Assembly (NCBI GenBank): GCA_964415355.1
Contig: CAYPYS010000001.1
Span: 1,361 to 65,360 of the forward strand
Direction: 5' to 3'
DNA from: an uncultured Planctomycetia bacterium
Lineage (GTDB): Bacteria; Omnitrophota; Gorgyraeia; Gorgyraeales; Gorgyraeaceae
Length of the DNA: 64,000 nt
Part shown: positions 8,737 to 19,067 of the stretch, piece after piece
Layout of the letters: each line of letters opens with the position of its first letter
How positions within the stretch are numbered: position 1 is the first letter of the stretch
Position numbers and translations under genes: made by a program
Notes under the pieces: model-generated
Database searches by the model: none
Seen by the model: only the letters and a program-made list of their open reading frames with translations
Told to the model about the DNA's origin: nothing

Positions 8737-9825
8737 TTACAATTTTACAAAATTTTTGCCTGGCAGTTGCCGCGTCAATCTGCGCATTTCCAGATTCAGC
8801 AAAATACCGGAAATACGAGTGACACCCAGGCGCGCAGCCTCTGAAAGCTCATCTATATGCTGAGGCTCGCTGGATAATAAATTATATACTAAACTTTCCT
8901 CTTTGTCCAATGCGCAAGACAAAGAATCCTTTTTCGCCTTCAGGCCAGCGGTTATCTGTAAATGCAGTTCTTCTAATATATCGTCGCAGCATTCAGCAAG
9001 TTTTGCGCCCTGTTTTATCAGCCTGTTGGTGCCTTTTGAGGTCATCGAATCTATTTTTCCTGGCACCGCGAAAACTTCTCTGCCCTGCTCCATGGCAATG
9101 TCGCTCGTGATAAGGGCTCCGCTTTTCTCTGCCGCTTCCACGACAACCACGCCCAGAGACAAGCCGCTTATTATCCTGTTCCTCTTCGGAAAATTCCCCC
9201 TATCAGGAATCGTGGCCATTGGAAATTCCGAGACCACAGCGCCCTGCTTAGAAATCTCGTCTGCTAATATAAAATGTTCTTCGGGATACATATTCAATAT
9301 GCCCGAGCCGAGGATCGCCAATGTTCTTCCTTTTGCCTTAAGCGCTCCCTTGTGCGCGCTCGAATCTATACCTCTCGCAAGCCCTGAGACAACAGTAATC
9401 CCTCGGGACGCCAATTCAAAACCAAGTCTCTCTGCGCTCTGCATACCGTAGAAAGACGCGTTACGAGAACCCACTATAGCAATAGCCAGGGCATCCTGCT
9501 CTAATATCTCGCCTTTTACATACAAAACCATAGGCGGATCATAAACATTCTTTAGTCGTTCAGGGTAATCCTCGTCTAAAAAAGTTATAACCCTCACGCC
9601 GCGTTTCTCTGCCAGCTCTAATTCTTTTTTTGCGTCGATACTTTTTATGGAATGTACTATATTCTCCGCTATCTTCGAACCTATGCCATTTACCCTTTTG
9701 AACTCTTTTTCTGTGGCTTCAAAAATATACTTTAGTGAGCCAAAATGTTCCAAAAGGCTCCGGGTCCTTACGCTACCAAGGTCTTCTATCATATTAAGCG
9801 CGACCATTCTTTCTAAATCATTCAT
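8737..9825 (-). CDS. dprA: DNA processing protein DprA (Smf)
   Basis: The Rossmann-like core IVGSRNASFYG...VSGLARGIDSSAHKGAL matches DprA. Confidence 0.85.
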   Translation of the reverse strand: MNDLERMVALNMIEDLGSVRTRSLLEHFGSLKYIFEATEKEFKRVNGIGSKIAENIVHSIKSIDAKKELELAEKRGVRVITFLDEDYPERLKNVYDPPMVLYVKGEILEQDALAIAIVGSRNASFYGMQSAERLGFELASRGITVVSGLARGIDSSAHKGALKAKGRTLAILGSGILNMYPEEHFILADEISKQGAVVSEFPMATIPDRGNFPKRNRIISGLSLGVVVVEAAEKSGALITSDIAMEQGREVFAVPGKIDSMTSKGTNRLIKQGAKLAECCDDILEELHLQITAGLKAKKDSLSCALDKEESLVYNLLSSEPQHIDELSEAARLGVTRISGILLNLEMRRLTRQLPGKNFVKL

Positions 9826-9836
9826 CGCTCACCCTG

Positions 9837-9876
9837 CTAACTTTACACTTTAACGTTGTTGAAATGTAAAGTTAAG
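9837..9876. repeat. 39-bp repeat, copy 7 (B)
   Basis: It lies between aroK and dprA. Confidence 0.9.
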
Positions 9877-10375
9877 CTTTTGTCAGGTTTATTATCTTCT
9901 CTACTACCTGCTCTATTGTCAGCTCATCTGTGTTTATACAGTGATCTGACTTCTTATAGTAAGGAAGGCGGACCTTCAGTAGCTCCTCTATCTTCTTCTT
10001 TGGATCCGCGACATTCAAGAGAGGCCGAGTCGTAAGGCTCCTGGTCCTCTGGAGTATAACACCAGGTGAAGCCTCAAGGCAAATAATAACACCGCCACTC
10101 TTCAGATTTTTAAAATTTTCTTCATCAACGACTGCTCCGCCACCAGCTGATATAATAACGCCTTTTTTTTGAGAAGCCTCTTTCACTATCTCTTTCTCGA
10201 GTTTCCTGAAATACGGTTCCCCTTTTTTCTCGAATATATCCTTAATCGAAGTCCCTGCTTTTTTCTCTATGACCTCATCGAGTTCTAAAAAATCCAGACC
10301 AAGCCTCTTCGAAAGCCTCTTCCCTGCGCAAGACTTGCCTGTACCCATAAACCCGACCAAGACTATATTACGCAT
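9872..10375 (-). CDS. aroK: shikimate kinase
   Basis: MRNIVLVGFMGTGKSCAGKRLSKRLGLDFLELD has the P-loop and SK motifs. Confidence 0.85.
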   Translation of the reverse strand: MRNIVLVGFMGTGKSCAGKRLSKRLGLDFLELDEVIEKKAGTSIKDIFEKKGEPYFRKLEKEIVKEASQKKGVIISAGGGAVVDEENFKNLKSGGVIICLEASPGVILQRTRSLTTRPLLNVADPKKKIEELLKVRLPYYKKSDHCINTDELTIEQVVEKIINLTKA

Positions 10376-10480
10376 AACCTCCTCCGCTTCTTATTCTTAA
10401 GAATATAGCAGATACCTACCTAATAGTCAAATCTTTCACTATTCTCTGTCATCCCCACAAAAGCGAACATGACACGCTTG

Positions 10481-10521
10481 CTTAACTTTACACTTTAACA
10501 TTGTTGAAATGTATACTTAAG
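10481..10521. repeat. 39-bp repeat, copy 8 (B, variant right arm GTATACTTAAG)
   Basis: It contains the hycI stop. Confidence 0.85.
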
Positions 10522-10944
10522 CTTGTCCAGGGCAGCTCTGACCTCTGGGCTCAGGTCCTGGCCAAACTTATTCGACCCAGGCCTTATGCCTAGCACGTAG
10601 ATCTTTGCGTCAGTGGAGGATTTTAAATATTGTATCAAAAGCTTGGGAGACATATCATGAGTAGATATCTTGCCTACCCTTAGGTCATCTCCTGAAAAAA
10701 GCCTTATATCTCCTGGCTTGCCGTCAAAATATACAGCATCGACTATGACAATGGTGTCCGGATCAAGCCTCTTTATGACCCCTGTGTAATTTTCAGGCGC
10801 AACTCCGGCGTCTATTACCTTGAAATTGACCTTGTCCTTTATCTCGCTGGCTAAACGCGGGCCTACCCCATCGTCTCCGCGGTCCCTATTACCAAGACAA
10901 AGCAAGACGCTTTTTTCTTTCAAGATATCTTTTAAATTTACCAT
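10495..10944 (-). CDS. hycI: hydrogenase maturation endopeptidase (HycI/HyaD family)
   Basis: LLCLGNRDRGDDGVGPRLA...IVIVDAV is the conserved protease pattern. The gene lies at the 3' end of the hydrogenase operon. Confidence 0.8.
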   Translation of the reverse strand: MVNLKDILKEKSVLLCLGNRDRGDDGVGPRLASEIKDKVNFKVIDAGVAPENYTGVIKRLDPDTIVIVDAVYFDGKPGDIRLFSGDDLRVGKISTHDMSPKLLIQYLKSSTDAKIYVLGIRPGSNKFGQDLSPEVRAALDKLKYTFQQC

Positions 10945-10951
10945 AAATCTT

Positions 10952-11554
10952 CTATGTATTTAGGGTGATTTCTCTTCGACACTTTGGACAGAGGATGTTT
11001 ATGCGGTCCTGGCGAGTCAAGCCTTCCGGCTTTACGATCTTAAGGTATGCTAATTTGAGCTCTTTTAACGCAGATAGGTATGAAGTGGGGCTAGAATACG
11101 CGAGAGGGCCTAGTTTTTTCGTAACCCATATCAAATGCTCTTTTGCTCCTACCATGCATCCGCAAGCCTCGCATAATACTAGTTCTTTCTCGACTGAATT
11201 TATCGCCTCGTGCCTGTCAAAGACAGACAGGTCATCTAATTTATTGGTCTGCTTTACGCCTTCTTTGGTAATGCATGCGGCCTGACATTGCCCGCAGAAT
11301 ATGCAGCTATCATAATGTATCTCAAGTCTCCGCTTAGGTGCATCTGAATCAATGTCATCTGTCTGCTTTATGCAGCCTGTGGTACAGACCTCGTAACATG
11401 CGCCGCAACCCACGCATTCTTTATCATTGTAAACAGGCTGGCCCCTGTACCTCTTTTCAGGCACGTGCGGCTTAAAAGGAAACTTCGACGTATAAGGTCC
11501 TGCTATCAACGCCTTTATCGCCTCGACCAATTCTCGTAATTTTGGATAACGCAT
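10952..11554 (-). CDS. group 4 hydrogenase 2x[4Fe-4S] subunit (NuoI/HycF/MbhN-like)
   Basis: Two CxxCxxCxxxC motifs are present (CVGCGACYEVC and CIFCGQCQAAC). Position in the operon supports the assignment. Confidence 0.7.
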   Translation of the reverse strand: MRYPKLRELVEAIKALIAGPYTSKFPFKPHVPEKRYRGQPVYNDKECVGCGACYEVCTTGCIKQTDDIDSDAPKRRLEIHYDSCIFCGQCQAACITKEGVKQTNKLDDLSVFDRHEAINSVEKELVLCEACGCMVGAKEHLIWVTKKLGPLAYSSPTSYLSALKELKLAYLKIVKPEGLTRQDRINILCPKCRREITLNT

Positions 11555-11565
11555 ATTTTCCCCAC

Positions 11566-11604
11566 CTAACTTTACATTTCAACAACGTTAAAGTGTAAAC
11601 TTAG
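11566..11604. repeat. 39-bp repeat, copy 9 (A)
   Basis: It lies inside the hydrogenase operon, between the MrpG-like and NuoI-like genes. Confidence 0.9.
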
Positions 11605-11921
11605 GAATTCTTGTACTCGTCTATTACGCTCTTCTCCCAGAGCTTCACGCCTGACTTGTACGCGGCTCGAGCCAGCGCGTGCGCAGATACAGGAGAAGTC
11701 AATATCAAAAATCCCGCGCACAGAAGCGCCTTCATGCCTGTTGCCGTAAATCCGCTTATAAGAAACGCCCCGAACAAGATGCTGCACGTCCCAAGCGTTA
11801 TACACTTGGTAGCTGCCTGTAAACGATTATAAACATCCGGCAGCCTCACCAGGCCCAGGCACCCCACAAAATCAAAGAAAAGACCAACTGATATAAATAT
11901 TAAGCCTATTATATCAATCAT
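11601..11921 (-). CDS. Mrp antiporter subunit G-like (MnhG/MbhC-like)
   Basis: RLPDVYNRLQAATKCITLG matches the MrpG signature. Confidence 0.7.
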   Translation of the reverse strand: MIDIIGLIFISVGLFFDFVGCLGLVRLPDVYNRLQAATKCITLGTCSILFGAFLISGFTATGMKALLCAGFLILTSPVSAHALARAAYKSGVKLWEKSVIDEYKNS

Positions 11922-12291
11922 CCAATGACTTCCCTTCTAAAAATTTAGCCAGAGCGAGCGTTGCTATAAAGCTCTGCAGCGCCCACGCAATCGCAATATC
12001 TATATACCAGCTCCTGCCAGTAGAAATACCCATTATGACGCAAAAACCTACTATCAAAACTCCCAGCATATCCAGCGTCACTGCCCTGTCAGCTGAAGTC
12101 GGCCCTCTCAATATCCGATACAGACAAAGAAGACATGCGAATAAAAGAATATAAAACCCTCTGCTCAAAAATCCCGCAAAAGGCAGGCCTTTGTAAAAAA
12201 GAATGGGCAAGGGCCTTGAGAGGATCGCTGCCATTACAACCACGATTAAAATAACGCCAAAAATATAACCAGTATTGCCCTTTTTCATCAT
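11914..12291 (-). CDS. Mrp antiporter subunit F-like (MnhF/MbhB-like)
   Basis: Small polytopic membrane protein with the RILRGPTSADRAVTLD motif. Confidence 0.65.
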   Translation of the reverse strand: MMKKGNTGYIFGVILIVVVMAAILSRPLPILFYKGLPFAGFLSRGFYILLFACLLCLYRILRGPTSADRAVTLDMLGVLIVGFCVIMGISTGRSWYIDIAIAWALQSFIATLALAKFLEGKSLDD

Positions 12292-12782
12292 TCGAATATC
12301 TTTTTCAAGATCCTTTCAAATCTCTCCACGATAACTTTTGTCGCCTTTTCAACATCCCTCTCTTTTACCTCGATCCAATGCACGTACAGGAACCCATTTT
12401 CCTTGTCAACGTCTACGGTAAGCGTGCCAGGAGTCAGAGTGATAGAATTGGCTAGAAAAGTAAGCGCAGTGTCTGACTTAAGACCCGTCTTGACCTTAAC
12501 TATGCCGGGATGAATAGGCAGCTTTGGATGAAGCACTCTGCATGCCACGTCTATGTTGGCTTTAATGCATTCCCACGCGAAAATAGGCACATAATAGAAA
12601 AACCACATATACCTTCCTGCGTGCGTAAGAAGATGCGCGCGCCTTATAAAGAAATCACCTGTCAGGAAAACAACAAATGCTGACACAAAAACGCCTATGA
12701 CCATATGCTGCCAGTCAGGCACCCAGTTTAGCAATGCCCACGCCAGAAAACCAAGTATGAATAAGATGATCCTGTTTTTCAT
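12288..12782 (-). CDS. Mrp antiporter subunit E-like (MnhE/MbhA-like)
   Basis: MnhE-like; the core region matches the family. Confidence 0.65.
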   Translation of the reverse strand: MKNRIILFILGFLAWALLNWVPDWQHMVIGVFVSAFVVFLTGDFFIRRAHLLTHAGRYMWFFYYVPIFAWECIKANIDVACRVLHPKLPIHPGIVKVKTGLKSDTALTFLANSITLTPGTLTVDVDKENGFLYVHWIEVKERDVEKATKVIVERFERILKKIFE

Positions 12783-14281
12783 TGCCTCAATGCCCCAAAA
12801 ACCACAGTTACATAATCTTTGCCTGTCAGCACTGCGTCTTCAGCGACTTTTAGAAAATCACTATAAACCATTGGCAATAGCATAACTCCGCCTACTATGC
12901 AGATAATCGCCAGCACCACCATTGAAAACTTCATGAAAAACGGCACTTCCTTTACCTTGCTCAGCTTTTCTTTTAATTCTCCGAGAAAACCATATCTCTG
13001 GACTTTCATGAAGGAAGCTAGCGTCAATATGCTCGCCAGTACGGCCCATGCCGCATAACCAAAATGATTGGCCTGAACGCACGCGACAATGATAATAAGC
13101 TTGCTCCAGAATCCATTAAAAGGCGGAATGCCCGCGATAGACATAGACGCGATCATGCTCGTACCTGCCGTGACAGGCATGCGCTCTTTAAGCCCGCCCA
13201 TCTTTTGCAGGTCCCTTGTCCCCGTGGAATATTCGACTGCTCCTGAATTTAAAAACAAAAGAGACTTAAACACTGAATGATTAAATAAATGAAACAAACC
13301 TCCTAAAATCCCGAGCGGCGTGCCCAGGCTAATGCCAAGCACGACATATCCTATCTGGCTCACAGAATGATACGCAAGAAGCCTCTTAAAGTCCCACTGC
13401 CCCAGCGCAAGACACACGCCAATGATCATAGACAGCGCGCCAAGCATCATAAACACACTCAACACCTCGCCGGTCACCCCTATGACGCTGAAAAATATCC
13501 TAATGAGCGCGTATACGCCTAGGGATTTAATAAGAATGCCTGACAGCATCGCGGATATAGGGGCTGGCGCAGAAGGGTGCGCATCAGGAAGCCATGCATG
13601 AAAAGGAACCAGGGCTGCCTTCAGTCCAAAACCCATTAAAAAGAAAACACTGGCCAGGAGCACAATAGAGGAGCTCCCTTTATCGATAAGTTCCATTGAC
13701 ATATCAGCCATATTCAACGTAGAGGTATAACTATACATAAATACAATGCCCAATAATATAAAGGAAGAAGCAACCGTGCCCATAACCGCATACTTAAATG
13801 ACGCCTCGAGCTCTTCCTGCTCAGTTCCAAATGCGACAAGCGCGTAACTCGCGATAGCAGCGATCTCAAGAAAAACATACATGTTAAACATGTCGCCGCT
13901 TATCACCACGCCGTTCATGCCAGCGACCACCAATAAGAAAAGACAATAAAAAACCCACTTTTCAGTGAATTTCTCCATATAGTTAATGGAGTATACGCTG
14001 ATTAAAAACGCGATCAGGTTCACAGTGACCAGCATAAGCACTGTGAGCCCATCCATGACCATTGATATCCCGATAGGCGGCAGCCAGCCACCGACTTTAT
14101 ATACAATCACGCCGCTCTCTTTAAATAAAAATATAGAATATATCGATATAACAGCGAGCGCAAAAGTCGCCACGCCAGACAATATATCCGAAAGCCCTTT
14201 TATCTTCTTCCCAATAAGGGAATTCAGAAACGCGGCGCCGAGCGGTATTATAATGAATAATGGCAATAAATGCTGGGTCAT
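12779..14281 (-). CDS. proton-translocating antiporter-like subunit (MrpD/NuoN/MbhH-like)
   Basis: 500-aa protein with ~14 TM segments. FHAWLPDAHPSAPAPISAML is the conserved complex-I antiporter motif. Confidence 0.8.
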   Translation of the reverse strand: MTQHLLPLFIIIPLGAAFLNSLIGKKIKGLSDILSGVATFALAVISIYSIFLFKESGVIVYKVGGWLPPIGISMVMDGLTVLMLVTVNLIAFLISVYSINYMEKFTEKWVFYCLFLLVVAGMNGVVISGDMFNMYVFLEIAAIASYALVAFGTEQEELEASFKYAVMGTVASSFILLGIVFMYSYTSTLNMADMSMELIDKGSSSIVLLASVFFLMGFGLKAALVPFHAWLPDAHPSAPAPISAMLSGILIKSLGVYALIRIFFSVIGVTGEVLSVFMMLGALSMIIGVCLALGQWDFKRLLAYHSVSQIGYVVLGISLGTPLGILGGLFHLFNHSVFKSLLFLNSGAVEYSTGTRDLQKMGGLKERMPVTAGTSMIASMSIAGIPPFNGFWSKLIIIVACVQANHFGYAAWAVLASILTLASFMKVQRYGFLGELKEKLSKVKEVPFFMKFSMVVLAIICIVGGVMLLPMVYSDFLKVAEDAVLTGKDYVTVVFGALRQ

Positions 14282-14285
14282 ACGA

Positions 14286-14624
14286 TTAACCTTTTAGCTT
14301 TCGTATCTTCGTAATGTCGAACGTGCCGTATTTCTCATACACCCTCATCGCAATCGCCGCTATAAGAGCAGTAACTGCAAGCCCTATGACTATAGCGGTC
14401 AGGACCAATGCCTGCGGAAGAGGGTCTACCATGTCAATTACTGTCTGGTCAGGAGAATGGATCGGCGCGCGGCCATTCATCTTGTAGCCCACAAGAATAA
14501 AAAACAGGTTCACAGCGTATTCCACTATGGCTATGCCTATAATGATCTTTATAAGATTCCTCTTTCTGAGGATACAATAAAGACCTACGCAAAAAAGTAT
14601 TAGACAAAGAAAATAAACGCTCAT
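14286..14624 (-). CDS. Mrp subunit C / NuoK-like membrane subunit
   Basis: 112-aa protein with 3 TM segments, NuoK/MnhC-like. Confidence 0.65.
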   Translation of the reverse strand: MSVYFLCLILFCVGLYCILRKRNLIKIIIGIAIVEYAVNLFFILVGYKMNGRAPIHSPDQTVIDMVDPLPQALVLTAIVIGLAVTALIAAIAMRVYEKYGTFDITKIRKLKG

Positions 14625-15106
14625 TTCTCTTCAGACCCTCTATCGATTCTCAAAAGCACAAGAGTAACCACTATAATAAACAGTCCCGAGCCTACTTTAA
14701 AGGCGATCGCAATATTGGATAAAGGTATCAGGCCAGAGCTAAAAAGCCTGAAAAGTTCTCCCTTGGCTGCAAAATTCAAAAAGAAATATCCGCCGGTTGC
14801 CAGCCCAAGGATACCAATGGTAATAAACATTATCGCGCCCAAGCTCTCGAAAAATGAAGCTACCTTCTGGTCCACTTTTTTAAAAGCTGCTTCTTTTCCG
14901 AACGCCAGCATGATGTGTATAAAAGAGAGCGCTATGATCACGCCACCTGCGAATCCGCCGCCAGGGCTTATGTGGCCGTGCGCGACGATGTACACGCCGA
15001 AAAGCAGTATCAGTCCCACTGTCAACCGCGTGATCGTCTTTACTATTAGTGTCATTCCCTTTTCTTGCTCTCTCATAAAACTGCCCCTAACTTTACTTTT
15101 CAACAA
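14621..15106 (-). CDS. Mrp subunit B-like (MnhB domain)
   Basis: MnhB-like (HGHISPGGGFAGGVIIA). Confidence 0.65.
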   Translation of the reverse strand: MLKSKVRGSFMREQEKGMTLIVKTITRLTVGLILLFGVYIVAHGHISPGGGFAGGVIIALSFIHIMLAFGKEAAFKKVDQKVASFFESLGAIMFITIGILGLATGGYFFLNFAAKGELFRLFSSGLIPLSNIAIAFKVGSGLFIIVVTLVLLRIDRGSEEK

Positions 15107-15125
15107 TGTTAAAATGTAAAGTTAC
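15087..15125. repeat. 39-bp repeat, copy 10 (A-like variant)
   Basis: CTAACTTTACTTTTCAACAATGTTAAAATGTAAAGTTAC lies between Mrp genes inside the operon. Confidence 0.85.
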
Positions 15126-15640
15126 TTCTTTCTGCCTACCCGCCGCATTACGGCGAGAACTCCGATCACGGCCGTAAAGAGGATCGTGGCCTCTCCCAAA
15201 GTATCATATGCCCGGTAATCCAGGACAACCGAGCTCACCAGGTTGGTCGCGCCTGTCTCTCTCATGCCGTGCGTTAAATAATTATGCGCTACTTTCATTA
15301 TTGGCTTGCCAAACTCCGGCAGGCCCTTTAAGCAATAATATCCAAAGGCCAAAAACGCGCCTATAAATATAAAAGCTATGATCGTATTAAAGAACCAGCG
15401 TCCGCTCGTAGAAAAAGGTAAATCTCTTTTGATGGTCGCCCTTATCAATATAATCACGCACAATATCTCGACCACGAGCTGAGCCATAGCCAGGTCCGGC
15501 GCCTTCAATATCAGAAACGCGAGTGACAGCCCAAGCCCTACCACGCCAACCGCAATAACAGAGGACAAAAGATCCTTGGCGTGCACAGCGATCAACGCGC
15601 CGACTATCATGAATATTAAAAGTATGTTTAACTCAAGCAT
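15122..15640 (-). CDS. MrpA C-terminal / MnhB-related membrane subunit (MbhD/E-like)
   Basis: The polytopic protein ends in ...GATNLVSSVVLDYRAYDTLGE, which is MnhB-domain-like. Confidence 0.55.
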   Translation of the reverse strand: MLELNILLIFMIVGALIAVHAKDLLSSVIAVGVVGLGLSLAFLILKAPDLAMAQLVVEILCVIILIRATIKRDLPFSTSGRWFFNTIIAFIFIGAFLAFGYYCLKGLPEFGKPIMKVAHNYLTHGMRETGATNLVSSVVLDYRAYDTLGEATILFTAVIGVLAVMRRVGRKK

Positions 15641-15651
15641 GTCTCATAACC

Positions 15652-17439
15652 TCACATCACGATAACGAAAAAGAACACCAGCATCCCCAGGATACACCAG
15701 GCCAGATACGTGGGCAATACGCCATTATGCAAATACCTGAATATACCTATAAAGAAAAACACGAGTCTTTTGCCCTGGTCGTAAATATCAAAAACCTTTC
15801 TCTCTGCCTTGGCATAAATGCTTCTAAGGAACGGCAGCTCCTTTATTGTACCATAAAATTCTGTGCCGGAAAGTCTCATATCTTTTCCGGTCTCTTCCCC
15901 GCCTATATAGCAATCCGTCTCTCTAACGCCTTTAAAATTACCCAATAAATAAATCAAAATACCAGCGCCAAGGCCTACAACTAAATAAAATGTGGCGCGC
16001 AGGGACGGCCAGCTTCCGACAAAACCAAACCTCTCGGTCAGCGCAGGCAATACAAGATATTTCAAAGGAATTACATAGGCGAACACGCCAAAGACGATAC
16101 AAAGAACCGCCAGGATCACCGGAGGAAGCCACATGGTCCAATGGACTTCATCGCGCTGGCCTGTCTGTCCATCTTTAGATTTACCTAAAAATATCGCGTG
16201 TATGAATTTTATGAATGACGCGAGGGTCAGGCCGCTCCCGAACATCGCTGCTATTATGCAGAATATCCACAGCGCCCCTCCGGACTTCCCGCTCTCTACC
16301 AAACCTTGATAAACCATCCATTTTGAAAAAAATCCGTTAAAAGGCGGCACGCCGGATATCGCGAACGAGGAAACCAGCGTCGTAAAAAATGTCACTGGCA
16401 TAATTTTTGCGAGACCACCTAGAGAATCGAGATCCGATGTCTTTGCCTTATGTTCTACATTGCCGCCTGATAAAAATAAGCAACTTTTGTATATCGCGTG
16501 ATTGATCATATGAAAAAGCCCGCCTGCTATGCCTATAGGATTCCCGGTGCCAATGCCGAGCACCATGTAACCTACCTGGCTCACCGCGTGATAACCCAGG
16601 AGTTTTTTGAAATCGTGCTGCACGAGCGCCATCATAACAGCCGCTATTATAGTGACAGCACCCACCACCATCAGAATAGCGTGGCAAAGCGCGTTCAATA
16701 TAAATATGTGGAGAACCAATCTTGCCAATAAGTAAATGCCTAGAAGTTTATCAAGGCTGGCTGGTAAAAATGCTGTCACCGGCATAGGCGCGTCTTTTGC
16801 TGTATCTGGTATCCAGGAATGAAAAGGCATGGCCCCTGCCTTTGCAAGCGCTCCTATTGTTATCAATAAAAATGCCCAGAAGGCCTGAGGATTATCTACG
16901 GCGATCTTTATATTACTCAGGCTCATATTGCTTGTAATAAGCCACATGAGCGCAAAGCCCAGGACCATGAGGCTGTCTGAGCCGCCTATTATAATAAAGG
17001 TCTTTTTGCTCGTGGCTGCTGCCTTTGGCCCAGATATGTTGATCAACATATAAAGCGTAAAACCCAAAAGGCCCCACGCCACAATAAGCAGCGCCATGTT
17101 ATTGGAAATCGCGGCTAGTATCGAAAGGCCTATGGTCCATATTGTATACGCGTAATACGAGCGCAGCTCTCTGTACGCTGACATAAAACGTAGCGAATAC
17201 ACTGTCACAAGCGCGCCAAAGAATCCCACGCCAATCACGATAAACCTGGAAAGGCCGTCTAAGTATAAAAATTCCCCCTGATACTGCGCCAGAAGAAATA
17301 TCCTAACGCAAGCCGCTGACAGATATATAGAGGTAACAACGCTAAAGCCCTCTATCACCCTCTTCAGCTTTTTAGGGATCAAGAAAATCACGCATCCCGC
17401 GAGTATCGATATTATTATCGGCTGCAATAAAACCTTCAT
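15652..17439 (-). CDS. NuoL/MrpA/HyfB-like antiporter subunit
   Basis: 595 aa. FHSWIPDTAKDAPMPVTAFL is the NuoL-type motif. Confidence 0.8.
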   Translation of the reverse strand: MKVLLQPIIISILAGCVIFLIPKKLKRVIEGFSVVTSIYLSAACVRIFLLAQYQGEFLYLDGLSRFIVIGVGFFGALVTVYSLRFMSAYRELRSYYAYTIWTIGLSILAAISNNMALLIVAWGLLGFTLYMLINISGPKAAATSKKTFIIIGGSDSLMVLGFALMWLITSNMSLSNIKIAVDNPQAFWAFLLITIGALAKAGAMPFHSWIPDTAKDAPMPVTAFLPASLDKLLGIYLLARLVLHIFILNALCHAILMVVGAVTIIAAVMMALVQHDFKKLLGYHAVSQVGYMVLGIGTGNPIGIAGGLFHMINHAIYKSCLFLSGGNVEHKAKTSDLDSLGGLAKIMPVTFFTTLVSSFAISGVPPFNGFFSKWMVYQGLVESGKSGGALWIFCIIAAMFGSGLTLASFIKFIHAIFLGKSKDGQTGQRDEVHWTMWLPPVILAVLCIVFGVFAYVIPLKYLVLPALTERFGFVGSWPSLRATFYLVVGLGAGILIYLLGNFKGVRETDCYIGGEETGKDMRLSGTEFYGTIKELPFLRSIYAKAERKVFDIYDQGKRLVFFFIGIFRYLHNGVLPTYLAWCILGMLVFFFVIVM

Positions 17440-18632
17440 CTATTCTTCCTTAACTTACGTGAGCGTCTCAAACGCTCTGTCTTTTCCTGGGAAAGCCGGA
17501 GAAGATCCTGGCCATCCATGATCTTCTTGCCTGTCTTGTGATCTACAACAGCGGTTCGCTCTGTGCAGCAATAACACGGGTCCACTGCCGCGAGTATTAT
17601 AGTTGCGTCGGAAATCGTATGTCCCACCACTGCCTTTTTGTTCGAGGCTACATTCATATAGCTCGGTGCCCTGACTTTATGACGAGCAGGGCTGTTACCG
17701 CCGTCTGACATAATGTAGTGAAATACCTCGCCGCGCGGCGCCTCGTGCCTGCCAATGCCCTCTCCTACAGGCATGTCCTTTATATTAAGGTCTATTTCGC
17801 CTTTCGGCATCTTATCTAGACATTGCAAAATAATATTGATCGACTCATAAAGCTCCAATATTCTCACGACTGCCTTTGCGAATACGCCGCCGCCTTCCTG
17901 CGTGATCACCTTCCAGTCTACCTTATCATACGCCGCATACGGATCATCTCTTCTCACATCAATGCTCACGCCTGACGCCCTCGCAGTAGGCCCGACTACA
18001 GAATAATCATGTACATCCTGCCTTGTCAATGCGCCAATGCCCTCTGTCCTCGCTCTTATCACAGGGTCATCGATAACCGCTCCTTTAAACATGTCGACTT
18101 TCGGGATCAGACCCTTAAGCATCTTTCTGATCCACGGAAAATCTGCTTCATCCATATCCCTTCTTACGCCGCCTGGCTTGAACATTGCGTAGTGCTGCCT
18201 GTTGCCTGTGACCCTTTCAAAGATATCCAGCACCGGCTCTCTATATTTCCACGCCCACATCCACACAGTATTGTAACCCAAAAAGTGCCCTGCGAGTCCA
18301 ACCCACAAAAGATGACTATGCACCCTCTCAAGTTCACCTATAATAGTGCGGATATAAAGCGCTCTCTCAGGGACCTGGACCCCCAAAAGATCATCGATCG
18401 CGTTAGTATACGCAAAAGGATGCGAGGTAGAACAGATCCCGCAGATCCTCTCCACTAAAAACGTGACCTGGTCATAACTCTTGGACTCCGCTATCTTCTC
18501 GATAGTCCTATGGTTATATCCGATCTCTATATCCATATCCACTACTGTCTCACCGTCCACGTGCAATTTAAAAAATTCCGGCTCTTCCTGCAGCGGGTGA
18601 TATGGGCCTATTGGTATGATCTTATGCGACAT
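17436..18632 (-). CDS. [NiFe] hydrogenase large (catalytic) subunit, group 4 (NuoD-like; MbhL/EchE/HycE-like)
   Basis: The N-terminal Ni-Fe ligand motif RICGICSTSH and the C-terminal DPCYCCTERTAVVDH are both present. A ~34-aa C-terminal extension follows, consistent with HycI processing. Confidence 0.9.
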   Translation of the reverse strand: MSHKIIPIGPYHPLQEEPEFFKLHVDGETVVDMDIEIGYNHRTIEKIAESKSYDQVTFLVERICGICSTSHPFAYTNAIDDLLGVQVPERALYIRTIIGELERVHSHLLWVGLAGHFLGYNTVWMWAWKYREPVLDIFERVTGNRQHYAMFKPGGVRRDMDEADFPWIRKMLKGLIPKVDMFKGAVIDDPVIRARTEGIGALTRQDVHDYSVVGPTARASGVSIDVRRDDPYAAYDKVDWKVITQEGGGVFAKAVVRILELYESINIILQCLDKMPKGEIDLNIKDMPVGEGIGRHEAPRGEVFHYIMSDGGNSPARHKVRAPSYMNVASNKKAVVGHTISDATIILAAVDPCYCCTERTAVVDHKTGKKIMDGQDLLRLSQEKTERLRRSRKLRKNR

Positions 18633-19067
18633 CTACTGGTCTCTCCTTAGGGGATAATTTTCCTTTGGCCAATCGTCTTTCAACAAAAGGTGTGTCAGGT
18701 TCGGATGCCCCTTGAAATTCACGCCTAACAATTCGTGTATCTCTCTTTCTATCCACTCAGCGCACTTTATTATAGAGGTAAGGCTTTCCGCTTCAAGATT
18801 GGGCTTATCCAATATTATTCTCAACGAAACAATAAGCCCTATTTCATCGATTGAAAAATGATAAAGTATCTCTATCGCCTTTCTTGTGTCAACGCCAGAG
18901 GCTGTCGAAAACCTGGCCTTGACGTCGCTAAAAAGATACTTTGCTATCTTGGGTAATATCTCTTTTTTGATAGTTACATAGACGCGTTTTTCTGACCTGT
19001 CATTCAAATCCAAGAGGTCTTTCCCAGCGCGCACCTTTATATTCTCTATTATCTCGAGTCTTTTCAT
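18633..19067 (-). CDS. NuoC-like (30-kDa) hydrogenase subunit (MbhK-like)
   Basis: Complex I 30-kDa domain (EREIHELLGVNFKGHP). Confidence 0.75.
   Translation of the reverse strand: MKRLEIIENIKVRAGKDLLDLNDRSEKRVYVTIKKEILPKIAKYLFSDVKARFSTASGVDTRKAIEILYHFSIDEIGLIVSLRIILDKPNLEAESLTSIIKCAEWIEREIHELLGVNFKGHPNLTHLLLKDDWPKENYPLRRDQ

Noticed and set aside
11572-11832. Short ORFs 11572..11805 (-) and 11611..11832 (+) overlapping the MrpG-like gene
   Set aside because: They overlap a confident membrane-subunit gene in other frames. The first starts inside a 39-bp element. They are spurious.
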